From: Octopus sinensis
Taxonomy: Eukaryota
Length of the DNA: 64,000 nt
Assembly: GCF_006345805.1 (NCBI RefSeq)
Contig: NC_043009.1
Span: 24,862,001-24,926,000, forward strand
Direction: 5' to 3'
Part shown: positions 1 through 12,025 of the stretch, one piece after another
How positions within the stretch are numbered: the stretch's first letter is position 1
Layout of the letters: the number at the start of each line of letters is the position of its first letter
The notes under the pieces: model-generated
What the model was told of the DNA's origin: nothing
Seen by the model: the letters and a program-made list of their open reading frames with translations, nothing else
Database searches by the model: none
Program-made: the position numbers and the translations under genes

Positions 1-11
1 CTGCTGTTCTA

Positions 12-51
<40 letters not shown>

Positions 52-539
52 TACTACTACTACTACTACTACTACTACTACCGCTGCTGCTGCTGCTGCC
101 GTTATTGCTATTTAATGCTGTTGCTATTGTGGTTTGCTCCTGTTATAGAATTTTTTGTTGTTGTAGTTGATTACTTTGCCAATACGGAGGCATGCACCTC
201 CTCCGCCTCCTCCTCCTCTTCCCCATCCTCGTCTTTCCCTTCCTCTCCTCCTCTGCCCCCTCTTCCTCCTACTGCTGCTGCCGCTGCAAGTAATTACGCT
301 TATTCGTGTTGTTCTTTTTATTGTCTTACTGGTTAGCTGGCAAATACGTTAGCCTGCCGGTTCAAATGCTTAGCGGCATTTCATCCGTCTTCACGCCGAG
401 TTCAAATTCCACCGAGGTCGATTTTGCCTTCTGTCCTTCCCAAAATAAATACCAGTCGTGCGGTGGGGGTCGACATAATCGACAGGCCTCCCACCTAACG
501 TTTCATATCTTATGCCTCTAGTGAAAAGGGTTCTTCTGA

Positions 540-553
540 CCACCACCACCATT

Positions 554-586
<33 letters not shown>

Positions 587-903
587 GCTATGTTCATCTT
601 GGTTGTCATCATCATATCATCATTATCATCGTCGTCGTCATCATCATCGTTATCATCATTATCATCGTTGCCATCATCATCATGTTCATCATCATTATCA
701 TCTCTGTCATCATCATCGTCATCATCATTATTGTCATCATCATCACCACCACCACCACCACCACCATCATCATTATCATGATCGTCATCGTAATCACGAT
801 TATTATCAATGCTATTGTTTTTACACTTCCTCTTACTATTTTTACTATTGTCAATATTTCCACAAAAAAAGAAATATATATAAATAATAATAATAATAAT
901 GGC

Positions 904-935
<32 letters not shown>

Positions 936-995
936 TGGTGATAATAATAAAAATAATAATAATAATAATAACAATGATGATGATAATAATAATAA

Positions 996-1091
<96 letters not shown>

Positions 1092-1092
1092 G
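540..1092. repeat. Compound trinucleotide microsatellite (CAT)n-(AAT)n-(TAT)n
   Basis: Directly visible; source of the poly-I/N/H/M ORFs. Confidence 0.95.
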
Positions 1093-2209
1093 TCCTGCCA
1101 TTGTTGGTATTGTTATTGTTTGCAATAAGTTTATTATACTACTAATTATCGTACCATCATCGTGATATTTTGTTGATGTTGCTCGTTTGTTCTCCAGATT
1201 TTATATATATATATATATATTATATATATATATTATATTATATATTATATATATATTATTTATTTATTTCTATACATTTTTATAGTATTTAAAAAAAAAA
1301 TATTTATTCCTGTTTGTGTTATTTCGAAATATATAGTCCCCCCCCCCCACTCTTTCTCCCTTGTAACTACTTATCTCCAGATAAGTACACAACTGACACG
1401 AGGAAGCCATATTGCTGCTTCGCTTTCCTTTGCGTAGATGAGTTTTAAACACTAAAAAATTATCAATCTTTGACGATTTCATAAAGCAACATAATCTCTC
1501 TCTCTCTATCTATCTCTCTCTCTATATCTAACTCTCTCTCTCTCAAAACCTTTATCTCCATCTCTACCTTTCTTTCTTTCTGTCTCTCCATGCGATTATC
1601 AATATGCCTACGTAAGCATGTTATGTGAGCGTGCCGGATGTATGTGGATTTTTATGTATGTGTATGTGAGAGCGTAAGTTAGTCAATGCTTTTGTAATAG
1701 CGTATATATATATACACATATATGTATATATACATATATATATATATGTTATACATACACATAGATAATTTATTATACATTACATATATATATATATATA
1801 GATATATATATATAGTTATATATACATACAGATATATGATATATATTATATATATATATAATATTATATATATAATATGATATGATTGTATCCCTAATAA
1901 GTGTGTGTGTATATGTATTTGTGGATTCATATGAGTGTATGTTTGCGCTTGTATTGCTATTGGTTTTTTCTAGAAGACTTTTCTATCTCTTGTAATTTGG
2001 TGTAATTTTACTAACATTGCTTCGTAGAATATCTATTTTATATTTGGATCTACTTTCCCATTTAATCTGCGTTGGTTTGGTTTTACTTTTGCAACGATAT
2101 ATTAACGATGTTTTACCCGGCAAAATCATAGTTTTAACTATGTAGAAATTGTATTCAGAAGTTTTTCAGACGTTTTCAGGAGAGACATTAATTTCTAAAA
2201 AGTACAAAA

Positions 2210-2720
2210 TGCTAATCACCTTTGAAGTAGGATCCGTTTATTCCACTTGTTGTAGCGCTCCAGCCCCTTTGTGAAAGCCCTATAGAAATCTTCCGAAGTA
2301 TCGGTACGCATTTCCTTGCAGAGGCGAGTGCGCAGCGCGGCCAAAGTAAATACGAGGTGGATGACTGGTCAGCGTGATTGCCTTGTCCGTCGAAGCTTCA
2401 CTTCTGAAGTGAAGGTGCTCAGGCCACTTCTTTCAGGTTTTTCCCCTTTGTCGTTCAGCTAGGGGAACAACCAAGAGTGAGAAGGAGTAAGATCTGAACC
2501 GTAGCGTGGAAGAGGGGCACTTTTGATATCTCTGTCTTGTACTTGGTTACCAGAATGGAATTATGAACCAGTGCATTGTCCTAGTGTAGGTCTTCTGTCT
2601 TTTTGCGAAGAAATTTCTTCCTGAACCGCTGCAAGTAATCTTTGTGGCCCGTCTGGCCAGAGGGAACCGACTGGATGTAGATGATACTTAAGCTTTCGAA
2701 AACGGGGATCATCATATATA
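2210..2720 (-). pseudogene. Mariner transposase 3' fragment
   Basis: Frameshifted peptides QSVPSGQTGHKDY, LH*DNALVHNSILV, YGSDLTPSHSWLFP*L (cf. YSPDLAPCDFWLFPKL) and SEDFYRAFTKGLERYNKWNNGSYFKGD*. Confidence 0.8.
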
Positions 2721-2726
2721 TACATC

Positions 2727-3025
2727 CCCTGCCCAATTCAGGATCCCAACATCTAGGTACACTGCGACATAATTTATTTTCCTCATCAGGCTCTGCCCTG
2801 TTTAACATTGTCCAAAACTGATTAAACGGAGTCTGGACAAATTTCTTCAAGGAATACCAGGCAAGCCACCCATACCTCGATACAACTGAATCAACAAGAA
2901 CTCCCTACTTGAATGGACCATGAGAACATAACTTGATTTAAAAAGGATTGAGATATTCCTATCAGGTGGTGCTATTAAGTTAGACATGGCCTGGACCAAT
3001 CTTTGGTCGAAACATATCTAAGTTT
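2727..3025 (+). mobile_element. CR1-clade LINE 3' end fragment
   Basis: Clear homolog of 4310-4640 (ORF2 C-terminus plus 3' UTR 'caggtggtgctattaagttagacatgg...gaccaatc...tggtc'). Confidence 0.75.
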
Positions 3026-3032
3026 TATACAT

Positions 3033-3067
<35 letters not shown>

Positions 3068-3070
3068 CAT

Positions 3071-3106
<36 letters not shown>

Positions 3107-3300
3107 TTATATATACATACACGTATACACACATTTATATGTGTATATATGTGTGCATGCATATAAATATATATATATATATGTATATATATATATGTGT
3201 GTGTGTATGTATATATTTATACATACATGCACATATATATATGCATATGCATATATGTGTGCATATATGTATAATATATAAAAGCGAGAGGGAGATATAT

Positions 3301-3345
<45 letters not shown>

Positions 3346-3429
3346 TATGTACATATATATATTGATATATGTAAATATATGTAGGTGTGCGTATATATGC
3401 ATAATTAAATAATAATATAAATAATATAT

Positions 3430-3730
3430 ATATTATTTATTTCGTCTTTCTCACTCGTCCATCGTCTGAAATTACGTTTATTCACTTTCGTATGTTCACT
3501 TCTGGATTGCTTGTTATCCGTGTATAGTTTGCTCCCACTCCTTTATCTCCACAAATTTCGCGAACTCCGCAAGTATGTGAAGTCTTTCAATCTTATCATT
3601 CATGGTGCGACACTCAGTAATACCATCTGGCTGGTAAGTGATGAAGAATTGAGGACCATCTATGTCCGTCTTCTGTCCATTTGGGCACTCAATGTACGTT
3701 ATACGCTTGTTACTTGTCGTTTGTGTATTT
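3430..3730 (+). mobile_element. Element C: decayed solo relative of elements A/B
   Basis: Between (TA)n and (ATAC)n. Contains tgaa-GTC ... GACA-ctca ... GTGATGA ... atgtcc (3578-3667) in the same order as A/B, with similar pyrimidine-rich flanks. Confidence 0.4.
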
Positions 3731-3799
3731 ACAATACATACATACATACATACATACATACATACATACATACATACATACATACATACAGTATATATG

Positions 3800-3831
<32 letters not shown>

Positions 3832-3897
3832 GTTATATATTGTATATATGCATACACGTATCCACATTTTGTACATATATATATATGGGTATGTCTG

Positions 3898-3948
<51 letters not shown>

Positions 3949-3964
3949 GCACATGTGTGTGTGG

Positions 3965-4640
3965 ATCTTAAGAACCTTCCGGTCCTGAGAACAAGGTGTC
4001 ATCAATCCACTTTTCTCCTCCTTTGTACGGCCACACCTCGAATACTGCTGCTCCTTGTGGTCTCCCCATACAAAATAAAACATCTGGAGGATTGAATCAC
4101 CCCAGAGGGCACTCACTAAACGAATTGAAGGTATGACTGATCTCGATTACTGGGACCACGTTAAAACCTTGAAACTTTACTCTCTCCAGCGCTGCCACGA
4201 GCGGTAAATCCTTTGTACGATGTGGAGAATATACCACCAGAATTGCCCAAACGACCTGAACATTTGTTTCAAGGTTCATCCAAGGCTGTGACCACGGTCG
4301 ATATGTCACTGCCCAATTCAGGATCACAACATATATGTACACTGCGAGATAATTTCTTTACCTCAACAGGCCCTGACCTATTTAACATTGTCCAAAAACT
4401 GATTAAAGCGGAAAAGGATCCCATCACCGTTAAACGGATTCTGAACAGTTTTCTTCAGGGAATACCCAATAAGCCACCCATTCCTGGATTCAATTCACTC
4501 AACAAGAACTCACTACTTAAATGGACCATAAACGAAACTTGACTTAAACAGGATTTAGATAATCCTATCAGGTGGTGCTATTAAGTTAGACATGGTTCTG
4601 GACCAATCCTTTGGTCTAAACATATCGAAGTGTTTTATCT
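3965..4640 (+). pseudogene. CR1-clade LINE ORF2 C-terminal fragment with 3' UTR
   Basis: FVRPHLEYCCSLWSP, RIESPQRALTKRIEGMTDLDYWDHVKTLKLYSLQR, TLRDNFFTSTGPDLFN...NSLLKW; frameshifts and stops present. Confidence 0.85.
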
Positions 4641-4724
4641 AAGTTTATATATATATGTATATATATATTATATATATATATATATATATAATTGTATATA
4701 GGCATATATATATATATATATATA

Positions 4725-4815
<91 letters not shown>

Positions 4816-4932
4816 TATGTATATGCATACATATATAATATATAGGTAACAGTAAAAATAATTACACACATGGACAAGAACATGAAACACCACAGAGACG
4901 ACACAAGAACCAACGGACGGGACATTCGAAGC

Positions 4933-4996
4933 CCTCAGTCATCAGTCAAGAACCAGATCATCTTAGCAATTTCGGCTGATTAATCTTGAGATTGCT
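4933..4996 (-). ncRNA. Candidate non-circularly permuted hammerhead ribozyme (A, copy at 4.9 kb)
   Basis: Minus strand: agca-ATC-tcaaga-ttaatcagcc-GAAA-ttgct-aagatgatctggt-tcttga-CTGATGA-ctga. Stem III agcaAT/Attgct is 6 bp; stem I tcaaga/tcttga is 6 bp. Stem II is uncertain. Confidence 0.55.
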
Positions 4997-5700
4997 CCTG
5001 ATATGGGCAGCCCGCCGAGGGAAATCTAAGCCAAGCGCATTAGATCCCCTGGAAGAAGCTTCGAATGTATACAACACGAGGACGGAAAACGAACGAAGTA
5101 CACGAACAAAAAACAGAATACGTGACAACCAATAAGAATACAAAAACGTAAAAACAATAACGGTAAAAATAAAAACAAAACGAAACCAGACGTAGGACAA
5201 GGGGCTTTCGACAGGACGAGTTGAGTTTGGGCTGGCTTGTGAAGTTGTGCCTATGGCCAGCAGGGAGACGAACAAATACGTGTTGCTTCGGCGGCTGCTG
5301 GAACGAAAATAGCGCTCAACAGCGGCTAGCGGTCACTGAGAACAAAAGACAGGAGAAAGGGACAGATGAAAGAGAGAGAAGGTGGACGAGGGAGGAGAAG
5401 AAAGAGACAGATCGAGGGGGCTGGAGGTGAGAGAGATAGAGAAACGTAGAAGGGGGGAAGGCGAATGGGGGGGGGAAGGGAGGAGGTAGAGAAGAGGGGG
5501 AATAAGAGAGGAGAGAGAAAGTAAAGAAAAGATGTAAGAGTCGTATCAATGCTAGAGAAAAATATACTTATCGTATAAGGACAATTGTGGATACGTAGCC
5601 GCCGATTATATAGGTAAACAGTAAAATAATTACAGACATGGACAAGAACATGAAACACCACAGAGACGACACAAGAACCACAGGACGGGACATTCGAAGC

Positions 5701-5764
5701 CCTCAGTCATCAGTCAAGAACCAGATCATCTTAGCAATTTCGGCTGATTAATCTTGAGATTGCT
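5701..5764 (-). ncRNA. Candidate non-circularly permuted hammerhead ribozyme (A, copy at 5.7 kb)
   Basis: Same core as 4933-4996. Predicted cleavage after ATC, between 5758 and 5757. Confidence 0.55.
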
Positions 5765-6398
5765 CCGATAGGGCAGCCCGCCAGGGAAATCGAAGCCAAG
5801 CGCATTAGATCCCCTGGAAGAAAGCTTCGAATGTATCAACACGAGACGGAAAACGAACGAAGTACACGAACAAAAATACAGAATGCATATATATATCTAT
5901 ATATATAATATATATAATATATATATATATATATATAAGCATATATATATATATATATGTATTATGCATATATAATATATTATATATTATATATATATAT
6001 ATCTGACTATGAACGTACCTTGCTGTCTTAATGTGGGCACGTAAATATACAATATGTGTGTGTGTGTGTCTATGTATGTGTTCGTGTGTGCGTGTTGATA
6101 TATATATATATACGCACACATAATATACATACGTATATGTTTGCGTTTGGGTGAGTGTGTCCGTGTGTTTGAATGAGTGTGAGTTCGCGTGGGTATATGT
6201 GCGTGCACGTCTGCGTATACGTTGTTGCGTGTGTGCGCATGCACGCAATAATACAATTTCCTTACAGCAATTTAACTATTGAACTTGTATCCAATTTAAA
6301 TTGCAAAGATTTCAGCATTATTTCCTTCAATACATTATTTATCTATTTATTCGAATTAATTTTACAAATAATTATAAATTTCGTTTAAGATTTTCCCG

Positions 6399-6399
<1 letters not shown>

Positions 6400-6438
<39 letters not shown>

Positions 6439-6495
6439 TTATTATTATTATTATTTATTATTATCATTATTATATTATCATCATTGATTTATATT

Positions 6496-6537
<42 letters not shown>

Positions 6538-6677
6538 TTATTATTATTATCATTATTATATCATCATCATCATTATTATATCATCATCATTCATTATTAT
6601 TATTATTATTATTATTTATTATTATTATTATTATTTTTATTAGCATTATTATTATTATTATCATTATTATATCATCA

Positions 6678-6713
<36 letters not shown>

Positions 6714-6833
6714 TATTATTATTATTATTATTATTATATTATTATTTTTATTAGCATTATTATTATTATTATATTATTATTTTATTATTATTATTATATT
6801 ATTATTATATTATTATTATTATTATTATTATTA

Positions 6834-6867
<34 letters not shown>

Positions 6868-6870
6868 GCT
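6400..6870. repeat. (ATT)n/(CAT)n microsatellite
   Basis: Directly visible. Confidence 0.95.
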
Positions 6871-7747
6871 GTTGCAGTTGTTGTTGACGTTGCTTTTATT
6901 GCTATTATAACTATTATTATTATTTTTGCTTTTGTTGTTCTTGTTTATTGCATTGTATTCTCTTTTGTCCTTCAGTGTTCGAAATTGCAGTCTTGTGCCA
7001 AATGTTAGGTTGCCAATACCCTTACATAGTGAATTGCCAGGACTGGTAGGTGTTCAAATAAAAAAAAAGAAAAAAAATGTGCCATATATATTCTTTCCCG
7101 TATATAGTTAAAATTGCCACAATTTTAACTACTTTGCGCTGATGATAATTGTGCAGTTTTTTTTTTTCTTCAACCTTAAAAATTCAATTATTTTCGTATA
7201 ATTATAAAATTATTTACCTTTTTCTTTTTCAATGGCGACCTGAATTCCCAATTCTAAATTTTGCCAAATGTGACTTCAGAATGAATTAAAAAAATATATT
7301 GTATGAGTGGGATACAAACGTATCTTAGCAAGAAAGAAGGCTAATTTAAGCATACATCTCCTACGCTGAAAAAGAGAAAAAATATAAAACAGGAAAAATA
7401 CATAATAGGAATGAAATATTAACTCTTCTTTTATTTTCATTAAATAAGTAACTGTAACCTTTAGTGGAGCTAACGATACAACCCTCAGTACACATGAAAT
7501 AGCAGTATACTTTCACTCAGATCGCATCTTACTGTCTGACTAGCTTGAAAAATGAGGTATACATTTTATAGTGTAGACCTCTGAATAGAAAATACGGTAG
7601 GATGAATATAAAGGATAGAAGTTGTTTGTTTTTAGATTTTGTCAATCATTTATATATGCATATATGAATATTAGTGGGTTTTGTTTTGTTTTCTCTTTTT
7701 TGTTTTGTTCGTTTATAATAAAAACCAGTTTACATTAATGTAGTGGA

Positions 7748-8365
7748 TTAAGGCGGCGAGCTGGCAGAAACGTTAGCACGGCGGGGGAAATGTTTAGCGG
7801 CATTTCGACTGCTGCTACGTTCTGAGTTAAAATTCCGACGAGGTCGACTTTGCTTTTCGTCCATTCGGGGTCGATAAATTAAGTACCACTTACGCATTGG
7901 GGTTGATGTAATCGACTTAATCCGTTTGTATGTCCTTGTTTGTCCTCTCTGTGTTTAGCCCCTTGTGGGTAGTAAAGAAATAGGTATTTCGTCTGCCGCT
8001 ACATTGTGAGTTCAAATTCCGACGAGGTCGATTTTGCTTTTCATTCATTCGGGGTCGATAAATTAAGTACCAGTTACGCACTGGGGTCGATGTAATCGAC
8101 TTAATCCGTTTGTCTGTTCTTGTTTGTCCCCTCTGTGTGTAGCCCCTTGTAAGCAATAAAGAAATAAGAAAAGTTAGCATGCCCGGCGAAATGCTTAGCG
8201 GTATTTCGTCTGTCTTTACGTTCTGAGTTCAAATTACGCCGAGATCGTCTTTCATCCTTTCGGGTTTGATAAATTAAGTACCAGTTGCATACTGGGATCA
8301 ATCTAATCGACTGTCTGTCTCCCCACAAAATTTCGGGTCTTGTGCCTAGAGTAGAAAAGATTATT
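7748..8365 (+). mobile_element. tRNA-derived SINE family 1 (Nin-domain-like), compound/tandem copies
   Basis: A-box-like agctggcagaa, B-box gagttcaaattcc, and core gtcgactttgcctttcatcctttcggggtcgataaattaagtaccag repeated three times. Other copies approx. 335-520(+), 14350-14500(-), 23860-24400(-), 26520-27115(-), 37630-37905(-), 40940-41152(-), 49130-49635(+), 56645-56870(-), 61965-62165(+), 62620-62850(+). Confidence 0.85.
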
Positions 8366-8395
8366 ATAGCGTATTAAGAATGCTGACAGTAACTT

Positions 8396-9010
8396 TGAAG
8401 TCTCGGCTGGCTAAGCCATCGTCGGACTGCGATATATTAAAGTTAGTCTTGTTTTTATATTGTCTGTGTTGAGATAAAATCATCTTTAGAAATGAGGGTT
8501 TGTGTGGGGTGTTAATTTGGTTCTTATTGTTGGTTGTGTTCAGAAAGATGCTTTGGAAACATTTTCTTTGATTAAATATGGGTTTATGTTATTATTTAGA
8601 ATTTATTCATGCACGTAGAACTTTGTAAAGAAGCCTGCAGGTGTTTCTCTTACTTTAAGGTAGGCACAAGGCGAGAGTTTGTTTGTCTTGTCCAATTTTA
8701 CAAATATATTTGAGCTTCTTTTTACGTGGTTCATTTTCTGTTTCAATTCTTTTCTGTCATTCATTGGTTGGTTTGTTGAATTTCCTTTACTTGATCATTG
8801 CGAATAAGTATGGTTGTAGGAATGGGATGAGAGATGGACATTCTACCGTCTTGAATCCATAGATATTGTTAGGATGATTCGCCTTTTCGCTGTTTTCATA
8901 ATGATAATTTTCCCATCTGAATATTTTTATAAAGTTTTCTGTCTTTTGTATTTGTGCTTTTAGGTAATGTTTTTTTTTGGTAGATATCGGTTTGTTTTTC
9001 ATAGAGAAGT
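8396..9010 (-). pseudogene. Penelope-like element remnant (Naiad-like N-terminal ORF region) plus decayed hammerhead
   Basis: Minus-strand peptides IQKTENFIKIFRWENY...NIYGFKTVECPSLIPFLQ and (frameshifted) NIFVKLDKTNKL resemble the FIKRMRWKA..YGFKS..P and VxADKTxN motifs recalled for Naiad-type PLEs. CCGACGA-tggct-tagcc-agcc-GAGAC at 8400-8425 is a mutated hammerhead core. Confidence 0.55.
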
Positions 9011-9699
9011 GTTTTGCATGTTGCTGTTTTTTTTTTCTGTTTCTCAGTACATTTTACGAAAGCACTCACGCAGAAACAGAGCTATTTATATTAATGTTTA
9101 TTTTTATGCTCCGTTATAATTAAAACAATTTTGCATTTATCTAATGGGTTACTCTATACCTTTCTCGATTTAGAAGGAATGACGCTGCTGATTCCCTTAA
9201 AGGATGAGGTACCATGGCTTTGTGGTTAGCTCTAGGAATAGGATAGGAATGATCTCATTTGATGTGTCCTATACTGCGGTTGATAGCATGCTTAGAATAT
9301 CGACTCCGTGACCTCCTGGTGCTATCACTGGTTCTTTTTGTTTTAAGGCTTACTATTTCATCTGGTCTTACAATCCTTAAGTGTCTTTTAGTGACACGAA
9401 GGAAGTAACTAGTGTTACTGCTTTGAATTACTAGTCGCAGAATCTCTCCCTCCGTGCCCCCTACAATGTACAACTCCGAGATCGCCTGATGTTTTCGTGA
9501 TGCATGAACCGTTTAACGTCTGACAAATACTTATTCGACCACATATCACGAAATAGCATATCAGCGACGGTGTCCTCGTGAAGGAGGTCAACATTACCAT
9601 TGATTTCTTCTTCAACGATCCTCATATTACTACGGTCCAAGCAGTGTGGGCTTAAGCATAGTACGGTTAGATGTGCGTTAACTGTACTATGATTCTTTG

Positions 9700-10750
9700 C
9701 TTTGTCCTTGGTTTTAGAAAAACATACAGCACTTTAGTAAAACATGATCTCGTTCTCTCTAGATATATAGAGTTCATTCCACATAGCAGTCAAGATGCCA
9801 CCGTTGTTCTTCATCGAGCACGTAGGTAGCTTCTGTGTTTTAACAATTCGCATATAGATTCCACTCTTTCTTCCTTGTGCGGCAGTGTGATCAGCTTCGA
9901 GTGGATAATTCAACTGTTTTCTCAAATTATGCTTATATGTGATCCGTCCGAATTAGAACTGCAGAACAAGCTCATCCCAACACCGTTATCTAAAACTTCA
10001 TTTATTCCTGAAGCGGCCGAAACAGACATGCGTTTCAGCATGCTGTGCTGCGAATCTCTGTTCGCATTAGCATTTGCATATATTCAGTTTCATATCGTTT
10101 CTCTTCCAATAATATCAATGTGTTCTAGAGGTCACCATACTCAAATAAGATACAAAAGATCCCAAAATAGAACATCCGATAAGGCTTGATTCAGTAAGAT
10201 AGTGATGGCCAGAAAAGCAACATATGTAGAGCTGAATGGAATATGACAACGGGTCTTTTTGGTCATGTGTTCAGGCTGTTAAACTTTTCAGCCCACATGA
10301 GAAGATTGGTATAGGGGCACCATCAAGGGGATATGCAAGATCTTACTTCGTAGACTTAGCTACGGTACCACACGGAATAATATTCTCAACAAATGACCAG
10401 AAATAATGTATATGATTGCCAGATACTTCGAAGATTCTTACAGACACCTGAGGTATATCACTTATGTGTCAGGAAGTGTTTCTTTCTGTTAGCAGCACAG
10501 GACTCCCGTTACTTGAAGCCACTGACCTCAGTGGAACGGGTACCATCTTTGGAATAAATTGGCAAGCAGTTTTAATCCTCATTGATAATGCTACGCTCTA
10601 CATTTTTTGCATTGAGAAAAAGATCATTGATGGCTGATGATGAGCAATGGGAGTAAAATGACAAAGCAGTCAAGGTTACATGATCACTACTGCTTGAGAG
10701 TGAGACCTTTGTATTCGAAGGAATTAAGATGCTGTCTAAGAATGAGATCC
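9700..10750 (-). pseudogene. Heavily decayed LINE (CR1/L2-like)
   Basis: Scattered minus-strand motifs QWLQVTGV, ISDIP, KILHI, MWNEL in the order expected for CR1 ORF2; no continuous frame. Confidence 0.35.
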
Positions 10751-11146
10751 GTTATAATACCGTTGTATAAATGAGCCCTAGTAACAGAAGGTTACTTTGT
10801 ACGAATCTTGACGGCTTTTCGACGAATAATGGCGATAGTTTTGGCAATCTATCACGAACAGCATGGTTACATCGAACATATAAATTGGCCCTTGTTGGAA
10901 CGATCGAATGTCTTGGAGAAACCCACAAATACAACTGAAGCCTAGTTCTTGGCTACGTAGGGTCCATTTTTCACAGAACAACGATATGCATCGATGGAAG
11001 AGGGACTGTACGGAAGCCGGTTTATGTTCAATCCAGCAATGGGATCTGTTCAAAGGGAAATTATGAAATACTATTCTACACTTACAGTGACATGATGAAT
11101 CTATCTATATATCTATCTATCTACTGTCTGTGTATCTGCCTGAACG

Positions 11147-11177
<31 letters not shown>

Positions 11178-11325
11178 ATATATATATACGTATATAATAT
11201 ATATATATGTATATATCTTTATGTAAATATACGTAACAAACATCGGCATATATATGTATGTATGCGTAACATACGTAAATATTACACATACCTACATGTT
11301 TGTATATGTATATATACATATGTAC

Positions 11326-11356
<31 letters not shown>

Positions 11357-11394
11357 TGTATGTATGTATGTATGTATGTATGTACGTATATGTT

Positions 11395-11433
<39 letters not shown>

Positions 11434-11982
11434 GTATATATATATATATATATATATATCATTATATTATATTATGTTTAATCTTTCTAAATATTTAACA
11501 CGCAAAATATGAAAAAAAAACACGACTAAACAATCATATGTGCAGAAACACACACACACACACACATGCACACACACACACACACACACACACAGATGCA
11601 CACAAAAACACAGATATATGTACGCACAAGCACACAGACACACACATACATACTACCACACTTCAACACACATATACGTGTCTACGGCCCAAAATTCTCT
11701 GACGACTTTCAAATTATTGATACTTAATAGTCCATTTCGAAGAGTTTTGCCGCTCTTGCAGCTTATACTCCCGTCTCACTCACTAATTCTCACTCGCTCG
11801 CCCAACACTCACCCCCTCTCGTCGGACCCTTGGCTCAGATTAAGCACAAAAGAAAGCCAGACATGGAGGCGACCAATTATGGAAGACTATGGGTGTTTCA
11901 TATTGATCCACTTGTGTACAGTGTATCTCTGCAGGACACTACCAGATAAGTTATCTAATATACACCCAATAGCTACACCATA

Positions 11983-12025
<43 letters not shown>

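Larger units (their letters stand above)
4840..5884 (-). mobile_element. Element A: direct-repeat-bounded non-autonomous element (retrozyme-like) with permuted hammerhead in each repeat
   Basis: Near-identical ~280-bp direct repeats at 4840-5119 and 5608-5884 (offset 768) flank a ~490-bp non-coding, strand-biased core. Both outer ends abut (TA)n. Mobility is inferred. Confidence 0.7.

Noticed and set aside
4933-4973. Type II hammerhead or box C/D snoRNA reading of GAAA...ATC...CTGATGA-CTGA
   Set aside because: The internal ATC/GTC between GAAA and CUGAUGA gives no consistent stem I/III hairpins, whereas the upstream NUH gives perfect helices in two families. C and D boxes would be adjacent with no guide sequence between them.
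7748-8365. Repeat-spacer-like arrays here and at 23860-24400, 26520-27115 and 49130-49635 as CRISPR
   Set aside because: Eukaryotic DNA; the units are SINE cores with homologous (not unique) spacers, and there are no cas genes.
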